From NCBI GenBank assembly GCA_963826715.1, contig CAWGYA010000007.1, positions 128,001 to 192,000 on the forward strand: 64,000 nucleotides of DNA, written 5' to 3'. Position 1 is the stretch's first letter. The number at the start of each line of letters is the position of its first letter. The stretch comes from Candidatus Bathyarchaeota archaeon. Lineage in GTDB: Archaea; Thermoproteota; Bathyarchaeia; Bathyarchaeales; Bathycorpusculaceae. Shown here piece after piece: positions 60,332-64,000 of this stretch. Both the position numbers and the translations under genes were made by a program. Below the pieces are notes generated by a model. That model was not told the origin of the DNA. It saw only the letters and a program-made list of their open reading frames with translations, and ran no database searches.

Positions 60332-60865
60332 ATGAAAATAACTCGAAAGCATACGCTATTACTAGTTGTTATTCTTTTAATTGCCCTTTTCTTAGTCTTA
60401 ACCGTTTTTTTGGCGAGTAATCAACCAGTGGCCTCTTCTCCCCAATCAGAAGGTAGTGTCTATCTTCATTTTCCAAGTGATTACCAAGGAGGCGAAGAAA
60501 CCAAGGCTTACTTGATTGACTCACAACTTTATTATGGAAATTACAACCAAAGCTTCACCCGCTCAGGCGCCACAGGCTCTTATTCTATTAACAATGGCGA
60601 TGCGTGCGTTATCATAAATGGAACAATTAGAAATGACTACTCCAAAGATTACTATTTCAGCATAACAGCAAATGTTTACAATTCTACAAACCAAAAAATC
60701 GGACCAATTCTTACCGCAAACTCGCCACAGCCAGGTTTCACCATTACTAAAGTGAGCAACAGTTCAATAGGAACATTTGAAATACAAATACCATACGACA
60801 GAAAAGACATCGCAAACTACGACCTTCTTCTCGCATTCGAACCAACCGAAACCCCACCCCCTTAG
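60332..60865 (+). CDS. Membrane-anchored Ig-like protein
   Basis: N-terminal TM; IINGTIRNDY. Confidence 0.7.
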   Translation: MKITRKHTLLLVVILLIALFLVLTVFLASNQPVASSPQSEGSVYLHFPSDYQGGEETKAYLIDSQLYYGNYNQSFTRSGATGSYSINNGDACVIINGTIRNDYSKDYYFSITANVYNSTNQKIGPILTANSPQPGFTITKVSNSSIGTFEIQIPYDRKDIANYDLLLAFEPTETPPP

Positions 60866-60986
60866 GAGATTTGACTTGAAAAGCCCAAGCGTCCAACCAA
60901 ATAATGCAACTGTTAACGCGATTCCTATAGCGCTAGCAATAGTTACGGTTGCTGGTTTGTTGGCGTACTCCAAAAAACATAAGCCG

Positions 60987-61622
60987 ATGAAGTTAAGTGA
61001 GCTGAGTAAAGGTTTGGCTTTAGCTTTTGTTCTAACATTGGTTGTGTCAAGCCTAATGATGGTTGAATCTGCAGTCGCTCAGACACCTACACCTGTTGCA
61101 ACTTTGACACAGTCAGAACCAACTGTTTCTTTTGCTCTTTGGCATACAAATTCATCTGTTATTCAGCCACCAGCAGATGAACTTGAACATATTCCTCCAA
61201 TCTGTGAAATAGTGTTTCCTGAAAATCAAACTGTGTTGCAAGCAAGCAACTTTACATTAACAGTAGATGTGGCTTCGTATTTTTGGACGATTGATAGTGT
61301 TTATTACCAAGCGGATTGGCAAGACGGTATTCACCAGCTTTTTGGTATTCAGACTAATTATGTAAACTCATTAAACGCCTCAATTGTCGCAACGTTTCAA
61401 CAGATTCCTTTCGGTAATCATACATTGACCGTTTATGCTAATACCCATGATAACTCCCATAGCAATGCCACAGTTACATTTTCAACCGAAAGGTTCACAG
61501 AAAAACCTCAGCCTTCTTCGTCTTTTTCCGTCGTAGCTGTTGTTGCTGTCATCTTAGTAGTTTTCGGAATAAGTGTAGGTTTTATGCTTTATAGAAGGCA
61601 TCGAAAAACCGCTAACCCCTGA
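60987..61622 (+). CDS. Secreted Ig-like surface protein with RRHRKTAN tail
   Basis: Probable start MKLSELSKG; the upstream in-frame segment looks like the anchor remnant of another gene. Confidence 0.65.
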   Translation: MKLSELSKGLALAFVLTLVVSSLMMVESAVAQTPTPVATLTQSEPTVSFALWHTNSSVIQPPADELEHIPPICEIVFPENQTVLQASNFTLTVDVASYFWTIDSVYYQADWQDGIHQLFGIQTNYVNSLNASIVATFQQIPFGNHTLTVYANTHDNSHSNATVTFSTERFTEKPQPSSSFSVVAVVAVILVVFGISVGFMLYRRHRKTANP

Positions 61623-61781
61623 ATTAAGGCCTTTTCTCAATCAAATGTATAATCACCCAATCGCTTGCTGTTCTTTTAGCGGAACAGATTGTTCTCTAAG
61701 GAGAGCTAAAAGTAACTCTAGCATACTCTATTTTGAGCAGAAATAAAGAAAGCTCTGTAACTAAGGGGAAATGATGACTAA

Positions 61782-62234
61782 ATGAAAACCAAAGTAAAAG
61801 TTTTAGCTATAATAATTTCAGCAATAGTCATAGCAACCATTGGATTTACTGTTGAATTTAGTGTTATACCAACCGAAACACAGTCTATTTCTTCACTAAT
61901 AACAACGCCAACGAAACCTATAACAAATAATGTGACAGTCTCAGGTTTAATTATTAGCCACGGCTTAACTGTCCCACCTACCGAAGTGCAATTCATAAAC
62001 ACAGAAACCCATGAGGTTTACAAAGCGCCAATAAGTCAGCCACAATATTCCTATGCTATATCTCTTCCAGTTAATCAAACGTATGGTATAGAAGGCGACT
62101 GGAACGGCAGGACATTTAACGCTACTGGAATACCGATGGGTGCCATAACAATGAGATGTGACAATGGTTTACCAATTCTAAATCTATACAACGCCAACAG
62201 CACAATGATACAAAATCTTGTCGTTGGGCAATAA
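61782..62234 (+). CDS. Membrane-anchored surface protein
   Basis: N-terminal TM, beta-rich. Confidence 0.65.
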   Translation: MKTKVKVLAIIISAIVIATIGFTVEFSVIPTETQSISSLITTPTKPITNNVTVSGLIISHGLTVPPTEVQFINTETHEVYKAPISQPQYSYAISLPVNQTYGIEGDWNGRTFNATGIPMGAITMRCDNGLPILNLYNANSTMIQNLVVGQ

Positions 62235-62244
62235 GAGTAAGTAA

Positions 62245-62270
62245 ACCTTTTCCCACGGCTAGAATACACT
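62245..62270 (-). repeat. Motif B copy, inverted relative to the 29-32 kb array
   Basis: Minus strand AGTGTATTCTAGCCGTGGGAAAAGGT. Confidence 0.7.
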
Positions 62271-62822
62271 TTCATTTTAAGGCATGCTGTTTAGTGGTCC
62301 CTTTGCCTGCGACTGGTGAAAAGCATATTTCTCTAATTATGGACGCAGTTGCGGAAAAAGCTCTCATCAGTCTCCAGCTTAATATCCCCTGTCTTGAGCT
62401 TCAGCGTTGACTATATGTTAATTCTTATAAAGTGGCTTGGTGATAGGCCTATTTTGTGTAGGCCGCTCTGTGGAAAGCGGTAAGTTTCAATCTCTTCCCG
62501 GGGCTGCGGGCTTGCTAGTTTACTTCAAGAAACGCAAATACTACAGTCAATAGCAAAGAAACAAAACAGAACCCTTGGCATTCACCCGCTTATCCGCACG
62601 GATTCTACAGAGTATAACATGCGGCTGGCAGGAATGCTTTCTCCAAAGGAATGCGTCTCAAGTACAGTCGAGGCCTAATTAAAGATGACAAAGTAATCTC
62701 AGGAGTGGACAAGAAAGAAGTATTCACCGCTTTATAATTGACCTGCCCTTTGCCACATGATCGCGAGATATTAGAAACAAACCTCTTTGGCAAAAATAGA
62801 ACCCAAGCGACAACTGATTTGG

Positions 62823-63242
62823 TTAACGGTATTGTTTGGTCTTCTTGTATTCATCGTATTTGTAGAGGGTTTCGGATATTTGGCTGCGTATAAATTGCTC
62901 TGGACTGCGGAAAGGTGAACCCATTTCTTTTAGGGCTTCATCGAGCTCATCATACTGCTCACGAGAAACTTCTAGGAATTCGTTATCGTTTTTCAATCGT
63001 TCTAGTCGGTAGCGTATGGCATCACGGACAAAGTCCTCTTTGTTGGTAAAGCCTATGTCTTTGTTTTCTTCAATGAAGTTTTCCACTTTGGCAATGACTT
63101 CAGACGGAAGAATAACCGACTGCTCTAGGAGAGCGTTTATAGCGTCTTGGTAAGTTTGCATTTTGTTAGTCTCAGCGGTGAGCTCGCCTAGGAGACCGGT
63201 TAGTTTGCTATGTATGTCGTCTGAGATTTTTATTGCTTTCAT
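62823..63242 (-). CDS. Ribbon-helix-helix regulator (repressor candidate)
   Basis: KAIKISDD.H.KL; GFTNKEDFVRDAIR. Confidence 0.7.
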   Translation of the reverse strand: MKAIKISDDIHSKLTGLLGELTAETNKMQTYQDAINALLEQSVILPSEVIAKVENFIEENKDIGFTNKEDFVRDAIRYRLERLKNDNEFLEVSREQYDELDEALKEMGSPFRSPEQFIRSQISETLYKYDEYKKTKQYR

Positions 63243-63304
63243 GCCGTATTTCTCCTGTGAACAGAAGTATGATTAGTAGGATTAGATTTATAAGGTTTCT
63301 CATA

Positions 63305-63327
63305 GTAACGGAGTTAACTAAGTTAAC
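63305..63327. promoter_or_regulatory. GTTAAC repeats between divergent RHH genes
   Basis: GTAAC 63305, GTTAAC 63313 and 63322. Confidence 0.5.
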
Positions 63328-63347
63328 CATAAGGGGAATTGTGAGAA

Positions 63348-63560
63348 ATGAAAGCAAAAGTCGCCTTCACTATCGATCAAGAGGTTCTAAAAGAAATAGA
63401 CGCCTTAAGGGACCTAGCAACGCGAAGCGCTTTCGCCAATGAAATCCTCAAACAAGGACTCAAAGCATACAAGGCAACTCATAAGCGACCTAAGGCGCCA
63501 TTTCCAGCCGTGACCTTTGATACGGCTGAGGAAACAGCGTTAGCGAGGGAGAGACCATGA
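63348..63560 (+). CDS. Ribbon-helix-helix regulator
   Basis: KVAFTIDQEVLKEID..R..ATRSAFANEIL. Confidence 0.8.
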   Translation: MKAKVAFTIDQEVLKEIDALRDLATRSAFANEILKQGLKAYKATHKRPKAPFPAVTFDTAEETALARERP

Positions 63561-63796
63561 CGGAGCGACATAAGGTTTGCCCCTTAGCCGCAGCCCATCC
63601 TCAACAGGAAAACAGCGATTGCCTAGGCGAAGCGTGCGCATGTCACGTAAAAATGCAAAAGCCCCGCTTAATGCAGACAGGCAATACCAGCATTGTTGAT
63701 CCAGAGAGTTTCTATCGCTATGTCGGATGCGGACTGGTAGCACACATTCCTTGGGAACTTGTCAACTTCGAAAAGATTCCAGAACTAGACAAGTAA
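63557..63796 (+). CDS. Small Cys-rich protein
   Basis: KVCPL, CLGEACAC, GCGL. Confidence 0.6.
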   Translation: MTERHKVCPLAAAHPQQENSDCLGEACACHVKMQKPRLMQTGNTSIVDPESFYRYVGCGLVAHIPWELVNFEKIPELDK

Positions 63797-63840
63797 ACTA
63801 ACCAATCACAAGAAACTGAAATAACAAAGGGTGGGAGGGA

Positions 63841-64000
63841 ATGGTTGGATATTCAGGCGGGGTTAAGTCTTCTGACGTTTTTGGCACCTTCTCCAGCATG
63901 CCCGCTTGTGGATCCACGCTTCAAGAAAGCATCCCCCTAAACCCACCTTGCCCTCAATGTAACTCAAAACGGCTATGGCGAGACTCCAAACGTTACACAG
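63841..64000 (+). CDS. 5' end of a zinc-ribbon-led protein, probably a tyrosine integrase
   Basis: GGGAGG RBS; PPCPQCNSKRLWRDSKRY; catalytic domain not visible, integrase call rests on position and architecture. Confidence 0.5.
   Translation, partial: MVGYSGGVKSSDVFGTFSSMPACGSTLQESIPLNPPCPQCNSKRLWRDSKRYT

Larger units (their letters stand above)
23978..64000 (+). mobile_element. Provirus 2 (tailed HK97-type archaeal virus) with inserted cassette arrays; continues past the window end
   Basis: att copy at left, terminase-portal-protease-MCP-tail module, probable integrase at right edge. Confidence 0.8.

Noticed and set aside
62280-62820. Possible ncRNA or pseudogene before the RHH switch
   Set aside because: No convincing structure or ORF; only weak B-like words (GCGGAAAAAG, GTGGAAAGCGGT)

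Overview
Archaeal DNA, by inference Bathyarchaeia-like: TTG/GTG starts, GGAGG/GGTGA ribosome-binding sites, BRE-TATA promoters, an archaeal tRNA 3' end and lineage-typical secreted proteins. Three zones: (1) 1-11.8 kb, a minus-strand HK97-type head-neck-tail cluster with no terminase in view, an unusual gene order, a very short tape measure and a tail-hub protein fused to glycoside-hydrolase-like domains (an ORF absent from the supplied track); (2) 11.9-23.8 kb, an AT-richer defence/decay island (DGQHR, GIY-YIG, TPR, JAB, PD-(D/E)XK and Mrr-like genes, pseudogenes); (3) from a tRNA-3'-end att copy at 23978-24000 to beyond the window end, a second provirus with DNA-modification, packaging, head and tail genes and a probable integrase starting at 63841. 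Its neck/tail genes are close paralogues of zone 1 but its head genes are not. Provirus 2 is interrupted by arrays of small membrane/secreted-protein genes whose boundaries carry two recurring DNA motifs: a co-oriented ~30-bp motif ending GTGGGAAAAGGT and a dif-like palindrome TTnGTCAA-N6-TTGACnAA. This looks like an undescribed integron-like gene-cassette system. Three candidate -1 frameshifts are visible. All assignments come from reading motifs by eye; no searches were run.
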